Both the position numbers and the translations under genes were made by a program. A stretch of 57,010 bases of DNA, filler included, from Streblomastix strix (lineage: Eukaryota): the NCBI GenBank assembly GCA_008636045.1. It is 2 parts of 2 records of this genome, joined end to end, with 100 filler letters (N's around TTAATTAATTAA, not from the genome) between each part and the next. Parts side by side here need not be neighbours in the genome. Positions count along the whole stretch, not along the records: positions 1 to 28,474 come from SNRW01000123.1; positions 28,575 to 57,010 come from SNRW01000124.1. One strand, 5' to 3'. Positions 28,142 to 40,219 of this stretch are shown here, in pieces. Below the pieces are notes generated by a model. It ran no database searches and was not told where the DNA came from. It saw nothing but the letters and a program-made list of their open reading frames with translations. Numbering within the stretch: the stretch's first letter is position 1; every line of letters begins with the position of its first letter.

Positions 28142-28474
28142 ATGTCAACCACTGAATAATACTTTGAAGTTATTGTTGATTATGGTGGAGTTGAAGGAGA
28201 TGCAAATTATATTGCTGTTAAGAAAGGTGATTAAGTTCGATTGATTAAGAGAAGTAAACAATGGATGACGATTGAGAAAGATGGACGTATTGGAAAAGTA
28301 CCTAAAGGAATATTAATTTAAAAGGGGGTTAAGATTACATAGAATCAGATGAATCTTCCAATATAAACCGCACAACCTTCTCCATAAATAATGAATTCAA
28401 TGTCGACATAAAATGACAAAGAACCGATCAAATCTATGATTCCAATAGATAAATAAAAATCATAAATCATTCCT
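28142..28474 (+). CDS. SH3-domain protein, 5' part (runs into the assembly gap)
   Basis: MSTTEQYFEVIVDYGGVEGDANYIAVKKGDQVRLIKRSKQWMTIEKDGRIGKVPKG matches the SH3 pattern (DY, KKGD, W, G.VP). Confidence 0.8.
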
Positions 28475-28574
28475 NNNNNNNNNNNNNNNNNNNNNNNNNN
28501 NNNNNNNNNNNNNNNNNNTTAATTAATTAANNNNNNNNNNNNNNNNNNNNNNNNNNNNNNNNNNNNNNNNNNNN
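28475..28574. other. Assembly gap with artificial TTAATTAATTAA spacer
   Basis: 44 N + TTAATTAATTAA (28519-28530) + 44 N = exactly 100 nt. Confidence 0.95.
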
Positions 28575-29730
28575 ATGATGGATAAATGAATAATAAATGA
28601 AATTGAAATATTCCACTCCCATTCTAATAATCATCATAATCATCATAAACAGTTTCATTCAGTCAATTCTCTAAGTTCAATCCAAAATAATATATTCGTG
28701 CACTTTACATTCGCGCTTTGATTAAAGAATCATCAATTCATTCTTCTTCCATAAACGCTCTTTCTAAAATCGCCATATATTGTTGTTTTGATGATTTTGA
28801 TGAAGATGAATAAGATAATATATTAAATAATAATGAATAAACAAATGAATCAGAAATGAATAAGAAGAATTATTTTGGAAGTGAAGTTACAATTCTATAA
28901 GATTTAAATACATGAGAATAACAAAGAAGAAAAAGAAGATGAAAAAGATTCGTTGTGAAAAATTATTTGTTGAGGAAAGATGTGATTGCAGTTTTGAGAA
29001 GGTTTATATTAATTAAAGATAAATAAAATATTATTATTCTAATTATATTTTATATTTGTGTGTACATTCAGACTCCGTGCAGATGAAAATGATGAAGTTC
29101 GCGATCGTATTACATCTCTTCTCAACAAAATTACTCATCATCAGAATAAATGAAAACAAATTAAAAATTCAAATTAAACGAATAATTTTGATTCAAGCCC
29201 TCGAATATTGTAAATTGTTTCACCAGCTTAATTGTTACTTCTTGCAAATCCAAATGGACCTTTAATTGATTATAAATGCAATGAAAGTATTTAAAGAATC
29301 ATCCAATGTTATTTCGAATTATAATCATATTGATAAACAAGAATAATAATTGATGCATGCCATTGCACATTCAGTATAATAGTAGATACAAATTCAATAA
29401 CACCAATCTCAATAAACATCTGCAGCATCATAAGTTGCATAAAGTTTATCATCATCAATCAATACGAAATGAATTAAACGTAAAATATGCGGACCTCAGA
29501 TAAGTTTTGGAGGATAAAAAACATTAACGTTCTCACATTACTCAATCTGATGACAAAGAAGATGAATATGATGCTGTTGAAGATGATTAAGAATAAGAAG
29601 TAGATGAATAAGAATAAATATGGAATCAAAGTGATGATATAATGGATAAGAAATAAGATTGTGAAGATAGTCCTTTCTAAGATTTGGACGAGTATGATTG
29701 AAGAAGAAAGAGCAATAAAGATCATCTGAA
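28575..29730 (+). pseudogene. Low-complexity host gene fragment, possibly the continuation of the SH3 gene
   Basis: Coding-like Q/E/D-rich frames under TAR=Gln, probable intron at ~29002-29071, frame disruptions. Confidence 0.4.
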
Positions 29731-30675
29731 TCAATTTTGATTGTTAATAACTCAGAGTGGAGTTCTATCATTAAACACTCGATTTCAATCAACTATTAGC
29801 ACACAAATAATTATTATTTTTTAGTTTTTAAACAAATACCACGTATTAAATAAATCTAAAATCTTATTTAATCATCTGTTTATTTTATTCAATTATCAAA
29901 TGCATATAAATTGAACTAGATATTATAAATGAAAATAAGAATGTTGTAGTTGATTAATTAGATCATGCTAAGGAATATAACACTTTCAAAGTCGGTTTTA
30001 AAGCCTGCCGCGTAGACGAAGCACCAAGTTCTGTGTAGCTTCCTTCTGAATGATATAATCTATATGAAATCAACTGCCTTTAATCATTTTAAAAGTTAAG
30101 GATAATGCATTTTTTTTTAGAATTTTTAAAAATTATGATCAAAGATTAATTGGTTAAATATATCGTATTTTTTATTAAATAACGATGTTTACTGTGTTAG
30201 TGAATGAAAAGTAGGGAAAATAATTTTATCGATTATTAAAGTCACTATTTGGAATTTTCATCTTCTTTCCATTATTTGGATTTTCCCTCTTTGCACTTAT
30301 ATTCATCGCCTCTCAGAGACTTCATGCAAATAGTGCAAATGCAACAACTGTCAAACTTATCATCAGCCTTTCACCAAATTATAAATAGAAGAGAAAAATC
30401 AAAAAAAATATAAATCATTAGTTTCTCTTTACAAACGAAGAATATCATACCCAAAATCTCTCTATAATCTCTACGCAAGTCCGTTAACCTCATTCACAAT
30501 AGGTTGGCACATAGGTTTTTTATTGTTTTTCTGATTTTACTCAGTATGGTATTTGATCGCGAAATTTTTTATTAACTTTCAATATAATTTTATAGTAATA
30601 ATAGTTCCAAATTTAAGTTACTGCTACATGAACTATGCATTTCTCTTCAGATTTATTTAAATTTTAAAAATATTA

Positions 30676-31037
30676 GGGTTGTTGGTGAATCCAAAACCGT
30701 GTGGTGAAGTCAAAACCGCACTTTTTAATGAAATTGAAAACTAATATTTTTATAAATTGTAAATAAATTTTAATATAATATTAAATTTATAGTAAATTAA
30801 TTAAATTTAGACAATGCTATTCGTATTATCAGCGAAAATAAAAATTTCAATTTATTTCAATTTTTTTTAATAAAACACCATATTGCGATCCAATAAACGT
30901 ATTTCTTAAATTAATTTACATATTTTTCAAATATAGACTTTACAACATATATAAATATGTAAATGAATTTTAAATTTTACAGATATCAAAAAGTGCGGTT
31001 TTGACTTCACCACAGGTTTTGGTTTCACCAACAACCC
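30676..31037. mobile_element. MITE with ~50 bp TIRs and TA TSD
   Basis: GGGTTGTTGGTGAATCCAAAACCGTGTGGTGAAGTCAAAACCGCACTTTT at the left end and its near-perfect reverse complement at the right; TA on both sides. Confidence 0.88.
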
Positions 31038-31428
31038 TAGAATTTTTTTTTTAAATAATTTCTGTCTTTTCTTAATAAATAATCTATAATATTTATCTTT
31101 TTTCTATATTTGAATGCATTTATCATTTAAACGAGTCAAAGCATTTATTATTATTTCAAATAACCAAAAAAAAAAATTCTAGTTAAAAAATATAATAATG
31201 CAATATATTTAAACTCATATATTGCATTATTATATTAATTTGCCATTTGTTCATAGTGCAGCATTTGTTAAGTAAAATTTGAATTGGAATCGATAAATAA
31301 TAGTGAGAGAAAATAATAATATAAATTTAAATGAATCATTTTAATTTATTATGAAGCAATAAAGAACAATGATAAATATTTTAAAATATTCAGTATAAAA
31401 ATAACATAATTTTAATACCTTTCATTAT

Positions 31429-33103
31429 CTATGGGCAGAAATGATCATATCTCGCGACATAAAATCCAGTTGCTTCACAATATGTGGAACTAACTGGTCT
31501 GATTATACGAATAATAGTTAATTTATATATAAATGGAAAATATATTGAATCCAATTTCATTAATAAATTATAGATAGTGATAATATTTATTATTAATAAT
31601 TTATATGTCATGAATAAATATATTATTATTAATAGATACACATATAATTCATACTATATTACTCCACATTTCTTGCAGTATCTAACTTATGGACCTGTCA
31701 TTCCATCATATGGATATGTCAGCTCATATGAATCCACATTTGATTTATTGATTTTTACTTCATCGGCAAATTTGTCGAAAGTATAAGCAATTTGGATTAA
31801 TGCTTTTGGTACGTATGCACTTATCCTGTAATATATATGAGTTTAAATATATTGCATTATTAAATAATTAGTATTAATTAATCAAAAAATAGGGAATTTT
31901 TTAAACCTCCTGAAAAAATAAAATTCATTTTTGAAACTTATCCTTGACTAAACATTTTCTTGCATTATAATATATTTATTTGTAATATATTTACTCATAT
32001 TAGCCCAGTTATTGGTTCAAAAGTTGAATACATATAAAATTTAACAATAAATATTTTTGGAATTCATTAATTATTTTATATTTTTTATATATATTGTTGA
32101 TTTTGACTATTAAATTTTGATAATTTTTTAGAATAAATTCTAAATAATTCATATTTTTGAAATTTTAATAAACTACGATTTTACTTATATCGTTTCAATA
32201 TATGATTAAAACTCAATTTAATTTTAACTTTATTCCAAAATATTTAGATAATTTATGAAACCAATTTACAATTCTACTAGTGAATCGCCATTAATTTGAC
32301 ACACAAAAATTTTACTAAAGAGCTTCGGTGCCACAGAAGCAGTGCGTCGTAATCAAATTTAATTTAATATTAACTTTGTTATAACCTATTATTTCTTTTA
32401 TTTTCAGAAATTTGAAGTTAAATGAAATAACTACAATATTACAAGAAATTTTTTTCTTTTAGCTACAAAATTAATGTTTCATATTTATTTTAATGTAAAA
32501 ATAAATAAAGTAACAATTGTTTCAAAGTAAATTTTATATGAATTCAATTTTTGAACCAATTACTGGGCATTTATGAGTATTTATATAATAAATAAATATA
32601 TAATTATGAAAGAAAATGTATTGTCAAGGATAATTTTCAAAAATCAATTATATTATTTCATAAGGTTTAAATACATGGCTCCAGCTATGGGTTTCCGCAT
32701 CTAAAATTCTGTCCGCAACTAATATGTGGCACTATAGAATATGAAGAAAATTTGCATTCGTGAATGGATGGTTTCTAAGGAAGTAGCCAAGATTAATAAG
32801 AAGATGCATGAAAAGGTAGAGCAGCTGATAATAATAATAAAATATGTTAAGAAAAAAATAATTAATTTCAAACCATCATGACCGATTTCTTGGTGCCCCA
32901 TATGTAATAATTAAATCAACTCAAGAAATGTGCAATTACACTATAATTTTCATGATAATTCATCCACCTTCTTTCTCAGAACCAATTCGTAAAGCTTCTG
33001 AACGAACGTGCCACGAAAGCGACGGTGGTTGCCATATGCAATGAGGTTATAAAATGCCTTTAAGAATAAAGTTACCACACACAAAAAGTAGAAAAGTTGC
33101 CAA
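31429..33103 (-). pseudogene. DHHC palmitoyltransferase (Swf1/ZDHHC4-like), disrupted; start codon displaced to 55645
   Basis: Reconstructed N-term MNWQLFYFLCVVTLFLKAFYNLIAYGNHRRFRGTFVQKL; RYCKKCG; IRPVSSTYCEATGFYVARYDHFCP (degenerate DHHC-CRD). The 3' part probably continues below 31429. Confidence 0.7.
31905..32666. mobile_element. MITE with TTAA TSD (piggyBac-like), in an intron of the DHHC gene
   Basis: TTAA|ACCT...AGGT|TTAA (31901-31904 and 32667-32670); ~140 bp imperfect TIRs. Confidence 0.8.
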
Positions 33104-33475
33104 AATAATATAGAGAAGACGGGCACTACACCAACTCTTAAGAATTCGTCTGAGAACGTGTTTCAACGAGTTATTGCTGTTTTAAAACGTGTTTCAACGA
33201 GTGATTGCTGTTTTTATTGTGTTTTCAACGAGTGATTGCTGTTTTTATTGTGTTTCCAATGAGTGATTACTGTTTTGAGAGCTAATTTTCAAAATCAACT
33301 CAAGGTCATATTCATCGAGTGATTGAGCTTAGTAGAGAGCTAAATACAAATATAATGCAGTGTGGTTGACATCGTTTTTGATGTCTTCTCGTGCTCATCA
33401 TACGGTGATTATATGTTAATGAATGTGATTAGAATATAAATAAAAAATAATTAAAATATTGGAAAATTAAAATAA
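33104..33475 (+). repeat. Left TIR with four ~30-bp internal tandem repeats
   Basis: Reverse complement of 55290-55634; repeat unit tttcaacgagtgattgctgtttt. Confidence 0.93.
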
Positions 33476-33954
33476 TTGAGTTATATTGCTATTTCGTGTT
33501 GAAAAATCAATTTTATTATTATTTCATGTTTCGCGTTAAATATTTTAGTATTTTCATATTAGTTATTATAATTTGATTTTATATTAATTTATAAGCTAGG
33601 TTTTGCATTCATAAAATATAATAATATATCTTATGTGATCTTCCGAGATATTTGCTAAAAAAATAATTTTCAAATTCAATTCCAAAGTTGATCACTAGAG
33701 TTTGATCCGATCAGATCGTGATTGTCAAACTTCTGAAAATTAATTTTTAAATTTTTATTTTTATGATCTCGATCACGATCATGATCATGATCAACTAATT
33801 GAAAATAATTTTTATAAAAATAATAATCAAGTTGGATTCGAACCTAAGCCGAAAATTTTTTGATTCACGATCGATACCAATGAGCAATAATAGCTATTTT
33901 AATGTATAAAATATATAAATTAAAAAATATTTATTATAATGAATTATAATATTA

Positions 33955-34783
33955 TCACCATAAATCTGTTTCATTAAATCTAATTTCTTATTATTATTCT
34001 TATTATTCAGAAATTTATTCTTATAGTAAAGTTTATATTTGCTCAGCTTATTCATCGTTAAATTTCTTTTACAGTAGATAACGGTTAATTCGTAGTTGCT
34101 CCTTCATCGATTTTCGACATACGAATTACAGTTAATTCGTATTTTCCAATAAAATTATCTGAAAATCTAAAAATTTTTTAAAAAATATTTTAATTTTTAC
34201 CTCAATTTTATTAAAAAATCATACGAATTATCCATATATACGAATTAACCGTAGTATGAATTAACCGTTATCTACTGTATTTATAGTCTCTTTTTATTGC
34301 TTTATATTTCTCAACTTACTTAATATTTTCTTGATGTTATTACTTAATAAATGAGTTTTCTGTTCGTAAAAGTATTAATTCCTCTAAATCTACTTATGGT
34401 GAAGTATAATTTATCTATGGCTTCTTGATTGTTTTCATCGGCTTTGGTTTTGGTATTTGCCTTGGATTTTCTACGATAATTTATTATTCATCTTATTCAT
34501 CATCATCGTTATTCATAGGATAATCTTCTGCTTCATCTTCAGCTTCATCACTGTTTTATTCAACATGTCTTTTTAATGTTCGTTTTGGTTATTTTGCTTA
34601 ACCTCCACCTGTTGCTTCTAATAATAGCTTAGTTTATTATGCTTGAGTCAGAGTTCTTGCTGCTTTCTTTCCTTCTTCATATACTTTGATCTTATCTTTA
34701 ACTTACATAATATATTCATTATTGAAATACTCGATTGAAGTTCCGTTTTTCATGAGATTCTTTAATGCTTATGCTTGATTCAT
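33955..34783 (-). pseudogene. Viral hypothetical coiled-coil/acidic protein interrupted by a MITE
   Basis: MNQAQALKNLMKNG...LEELILLRTENSF...; removing the MITE restores DYKQKKFNDE...ETDLW-TGA; homolog in the relic. Confidence 0.8.
34072..34277. mobile_element. Tc1/mariner-type MITE (206 bp), TA TSD
   Basis: TIR CAGTAGATAACGGTTAATTC / GAATTAACCGTTATCTACTG; TA at 34070-34071 and 34278-34279. Confidence 0.92.
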
Positions 34784-34824
34784 TTTATAAGATACTTATT
34801 GATTTTATTTAAACACAAAATTAT

Positions 34825-35541
34825 ATGACTACAATACAAACAAATCAAATTAAAGTTCATAAAAGCAAACATGCGAGTGTTGTTAAGAAAGAACTTTCAG
34901 AAGAAAATAATGCAAGATTATAAACAATTGATGAAGCTATTACGAATAGATTCAGAAAAACAGTGTAAATTCCAGCATTATAAATATATTCTTCGATTCA
35001 GACCCCACTACGAAGCAGAGATTTAATAATCGATGAAGAAGAACCACAACGAGAGATCTAAACTGAAAGACCACGAAAACATAAGTATAATATTAATAAA
35101 TATAAAGAAGTTCCACGTGAAACAGCTTAGATTGAACCAGAATAAGTTGTAAAGGATACATACTTATCTCATCCTAACTTAGAAGTATAGAAATTCATCA
35201 TTGATACGATTTGGAGATGTGTTGATTCACGAAAGAAAGGTGAAGATTTCATATTTAACTCTGACAACTATATTAAACTCTGGGCACTAATAACATAAGA
35301 AGGAGAGAAAGATATTAAAGTTGTAATGGAAGAACCACTGATGAGATATAATAGTTGTATATCAAAAAAATATAAGAAGAAAGAGATTGTAAGAGTTGAT
35401 GATGTTCTAATAAAGAATGTCTCAATTTCTAACATAGATAACGTATTATGGAATAGTATCGAGAAGCTATTTCGAGTAAATAAAGACTTTATTAGATTAT
35501 CTGACAAGCTAGAATCAGATATTTGTCCAGAAGATTTTTGA
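34825..35541 (+). CDS. Viral hypothetical protein (238 aa)
   Basis: Open under TAR=Gln; C-term NKDFIRLSDKLESDICPEDF resembles the relic at ~12150-12215. Confidence 0.75.
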
Positions 35542-35583
35542 AATCTATATCATTATGAAATTGTTTATTTTTGTTGAAAACTA

Positions 35584-36582
35584 ATGGAATAAGAAGCGTA
35601 ATAAATAACTGACTTAGATGATCCATCAGAAGAAGAACTATAATAAAAGAAATCAGAATATGAGAAGATGAAGAAATAAAAATAAGAAATAGAATCACTA
35701 TAGAAGTTGTAAAAATAAATAACTTAATAAATAGATAATGAAATAATAAAACATTTTGCTTACTTTAGTTAATTCTTTAAGAAAACATAAGTAGATTTAT
35801 CACATTTAGTAACATTGAACACAGCTTAAACTATTACTGGAACTAAATCATTTACGTATCAAGTTACAGCAAAATCTTTTAAAGAACCAGAAGGTACTAA
35901 TTAATAAATTTTGCTTGCAAATGGAACAAACATGAATCATTTTAATTCTAGACCTTATTATGATGCTGAATGTGTTGATGGAATAAGAATTTCCAAAAAT
36001 TTAGCAAAATAGACATTTGATTAGAATTAAAGCATATATCCTGGCTGTTCTAATACTTAGGAAAGTGGTGCTATAAGTGGATAATGGTCAATAAGAGCAA
36101 GTAAATTAAATACTTTATTAATTCATCCAAGTAATGATTCATAACATGGATTTGCTATGAGTTGTGATAGATTAATATTTAATGATCTCGTAATTTATCC
36201 TTCAACTTTATTAACTAATTATTGTAGTTCCATAACTTTGAATACAAATGTTTCAATTCTTTCAGAAATTTCGACATAATTCGTCTATAAGTGGTAAAAT
36301 ATGGTGTTTATTAACATGGTTCTAACAATATATGAGACATCATTCAGTTAGAAAGTAACTACATTAAGCATTCCATAAGATATTAGGCCATCACTAGAAA
36401 AATAACATCTTCCGCTTTAAGAAATTTCTCTTTCATAAGGTTCTGCTTATCCAACGAACGTTTGTTTAAGAATTAATGGTCCAACTGATAATTATTACTG
36501 GTAAGTATGGAATAATCAAAAAATAAGTTGGGCAACAGGAAATTCTGTTATATTTAATTGAATGTATTGTATTTCAACCTGA
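35584..36582 (+). CDS. Fibre-like protein 1 (coiled coil + tail-fibre motifs)
   Basis: LVTLNTAQTITGTKSF...SFKEPEGTNQQILLANG; GIRI...GQWSI module shared with fibre 2; first TGA at 36559, second at 36580. Confidence 0.7.
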
Positions 36583-36777
36583 AACTGTGTCATAAGTTTT
36601 AAGATTCAATAACTTTAAATATAATATATATCTCCACATTTTTGCAAGTTCCTCGTCTTATTTTTCTATGGCCTCTTTAATGAAATCCTCTATTTATTCA
36701 TTTGAATACTTAGACCAATGAAAATAACTTATTTAATTAATGTTTGATTTTTCTTCAGATTACTTTAATGATTCCAT
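36574..36777 (-). CDS. Small viral hypothetical protein (67 aa)
   Basis: Open ATG-to-TGA frame MESLKQSEEK...ELAKMWRYILYLK under TAR=Gln. Confidence 0.5.
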
Positions 36778-36991
36778 TTTAAAATTCTTTCTCCTACGAT
36801 AAACAAACTAATATATATATATATATAATTATATTAATTGGAACTAGAATCACATCAAAATAACTCCATAATTATTTTATTAATGCAATAATATCTGTTA
36901 ATTACTTAGGAATTGATAGAGAAATTATAGATACAATGAAGTTAACTCCATAAAATATAGAATTTATTAATATTATAATAATATTTAACAT
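36755..36991 (-). CDS. Small two-TM membrane protein (78 aa)
   Basis: MLNIIIILINSIFYGVNFIVSIISLSIPKQLTDIIALIKQLWSYFDVILVPINIIIYIYILVCL...; conserved in sequence and position in the relic. Confidence 0.7.
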
Positions 36992-37014
36992 ACGTTTGTT
37001 TTATAATAAATATA

Positions 37015-38073
37015 ATGTCGTTATCTGAGATATAATCTGTGACTTTCACCGATAATTCTATGTTAGATGAATATAAAACTAAGCCATTGACAAGGAATTC
37101 ATTATTCTTAATCAATGGGAATCATTATATTGTTGGTGCAGTTGGTTCAGGTAAAACAACTTTATTAAGTAAACTTATAAAAATCTATAAATAAAAAATC
37201 AATCCATTCATTTTATATTTCTCTAATTTTGGTGCAGATGAGACTATGGCATTGAATCTAAACTCTAAGAATATAGTCTTAACTAATATAATATATGATG
37301 AAGCTATGTATTTCCTTCCTTAATTTGATGAAATTAAATATTAAGTTAAAGAAATATATACATACTGGAAATTAAGTGAAGTAAATATATCGTACAAATC
37401 TGATTACATATAGAGAATGAAAGAAAGAATACTAATAATGAATCCAATAAAATAGAATCCAACACGAATTGCTTCTGCAACACCTGAATAATAATTAGAG
37501 AAACCTAAGGATTATGCAAGAAGAATTGCTTAGATATTTCATTAAGAATGTATCAATATCATAACTAAATATAGTGTTCCAACAATGAAAATGAGATTTA
37601 CTATTCCTGCTATGATTCATAACATATAATTCGAGAGGAAAATAGAAATATCATAAGATGATAGTGATGCTGAATTAAAAGTAACGAAGATTCCTATATT
37701 ATTTCATAGTTTACTGTTAAATTCTTTGTTAATATTTGATGACATAGGAAGTAATGCTGATATTTAAAGATTCTCATCTGGATTAGCTAAGACAATAACT
37801 CATCTAGTTTCAGACAGTAGACAAAGTAAAAATACTGTTTTCTTTGTTGCTTAACGGCCAAGTTACTTATTTAAAACTGCAAGATTATTATCTCATGTTA
37901 TGTATTTAGGAGTTAATCTTAGTGAAAGTGATTTAAAACAAGCTTACAAAGAGAATTCTATATAGAATCTTGACTTTGATGAGTTTATGTTACTGTATGG
38001 AACTCTTAATAAATATGAATTAATAATACTTAATAAATGGAAGAGTAAATATGAAATACTAAAGAACCAATGA
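37015..38073 (+). CDS. A32-like (FtsK-HerA) genome packaging ATPase
   Basis: Walker A GAVGSGKTT, Walker B LLIFDDIG, SDSRQSKNTVFFVAQRP (arginine finger and conserved Gln); 352 aa, no internal TGA seen. Confidence 0.9.
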
Positions 38074-38111
38074 TGTATTATATGATTCTATTTATTTTTC
38101 TTTATTCAAAT

Positions 38112-40182
38112 ATGACATTAGCTAAAACCTTGAGTTAATAATAGATCTAAGTTATTCGTTCTTTGATTTAATCTGATTTCCAATATTTGATATAATATTC
38201 ATGGAAATCATCAAGTTCCAATAGTTAATTATCAGAAAATGAATATTCATTGACAGTTGATGATTAAAACTCATTAATCTATGCATCAATAGATAATCCT
38301 TTGAATTACGTAATGAAATTGGAAACTAACGGTGTTATGACATTGAAGAATATAAATTTATTAAATAATGATTTCTTAGGTAAATTAACTACGTTAGAAT
38401 AAGAAGTTAAAGTATTATAATAAATATTGGGAACTGCAACTTATGATATTGGTGGTTTATAATAATAAATTAATGAAATTAATGATGAACTTAATAGATA
38501 AACACATTTTAGAGGATATTATTTATTGAACTCAGATATATAAAATTTACCTAATTCTGCCAATGGTGATTTTGCTTTCTCAGCTGAAAGTGGAACCGTA
38601 TGGATGTATGATTAGAATTGGTATAACAGTGGAGATATAGTTCCTGATTAAGTAACACCTGCAAATGATGCTACTTCATTAGTTAATAGTGGAACAGGAG
38701 TTGCAGGAACTTCAAATGAGTATTCACGAGGAGATCATAAGGATCCACTATAAGTTTCTGATGTTTTACCAAATAAAGATACATCAGTTGGTATTGTTGG
38801 ATAAGCTAGTTCTTATGCTAGATCTGATCATTAACATCCAATTCAGACAGTAGATACTATTCCTGTTAGTGATTCAGCAGATGGATCATACGGTACTGTT
38901 GATTCTTACGCTAGAAATGATCATTCTCATCCTATTAATGTCTAAACTAATGCTTTAATTGTACCAGTAGTTAATGGAGTTGAAAATAATGGTACTTCAG
39001 CTTATTATTCAAGACATGATCATATTCATCCATAGTAATTAACTTATGATGGTAATGTAACTGCTACTAAATTTATTAAATCAGGAGGATTACCAACTGA
39101 AGTTCTATGTGCCAATGGAGATACAACTACAATAGATAGTAAGTTATCTCGTACATATACAGGTAGTCGATGGATTAGATTATGTAACTTTCCTGCGGGT
39201 GATAGTGTTGGTAATCCATTCATTGAATTTAAAATATATATATATCTTATAATTCTGTTCAAACGATTAGATTATAGCCTAATTATACTGTCAATGGAAT
39301 CACTAATGTATATGGAATATTTAATGCTCCAACTCATATTGGTACATAATATGTGATTGAAAATGATGCACGTTAACAATTTCATAATCATTCAGGATCA
39401 AATCCTTCAGCTGTATATTCTGTATATATTCATTTAGAATCGGTTGGAACTATTACAATAGTAGTGTAAGATAAAAGCATTTAATATACCAATATAATCA
39501 CGGAGATACTAACTTAAGATGTGGTTACAGGAGTATCAAATTGAACAGTAATACCAATCAATTAAAACTATGGATATGGTGGTTTTATGTAAAATACATT
39601 ATAAGTTAATCCAAAATATCGAACGAAATCCAGCTATAATAATGGCATTAGAATTGGAAATTTTAGTATTGAATCAGCAATATATTTAGCCTGTAGTAAT
39701 ACAGCAATTAATACTGTACAAGCAGGTTAATGGGAAATAAGTAAAACAAGTGATAATGCACTTACTATAAACCCATCTTATCTACGAAAAACTGATCATA
39801 GTGTTGGTTAAGTATTAATAGTGATAGTTCAAAATTAATGTTTAATGGTAATGAATTAGTGAATGTCGGAACTGACTTAACAATTACAGGTAGAAAGACA
39901 TTTGCAGATACTACATTAGGCAATATTTAAATAAATCCTACAACAATATCATATGGTGAAGGGATAAGAATAGCAAATAGTCCCATTTTTAATGTTAGTG
40001 CTATTTATATTGGAACTTCTCCTACTAACACAAGCGGAGAGATTGCAGGCTAATGGACAATAATTAAAAGACCTAATGGTTCATTGATTATAAGTAGAAC
40101 AGCTGATTAAAATATAACTAATAAAGGATTAATGATATCAACTGATGGAAATACATTAACTTTCAATAGTAGAGTATTATGA
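38112..40182 (+). pseudogene. Fibre-like protein 2 with phage tail-fibre-type repeats
   Basis: Coiled coil; four G..xxY(A/S)RxDHx(H/D)P repeats; KFIKSGG...VLCANG; QTITGRKTF; two GIRI...GQW modules. Frameshifts at ~39240 (TA run) and ~39810; TGA at 39542. Confidence 0.8.
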
Positions 40183-40219
40183 AAATGTAATTATTTCTCA
40201 ATTTATTTTTCTTAAAGAC

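Noticed and set aside
28519..28530. TTAATTAATTAA as a biological motif
   Set aside because: It is centred in a 100-nt N gap and is an artificial six-frame-stop linker.
33155..33280. CRISPR-like array
   Set aside because: The units are tandem with no unique spacers, lie in TIRs, and there are no cas genes in this eukaryotic context.
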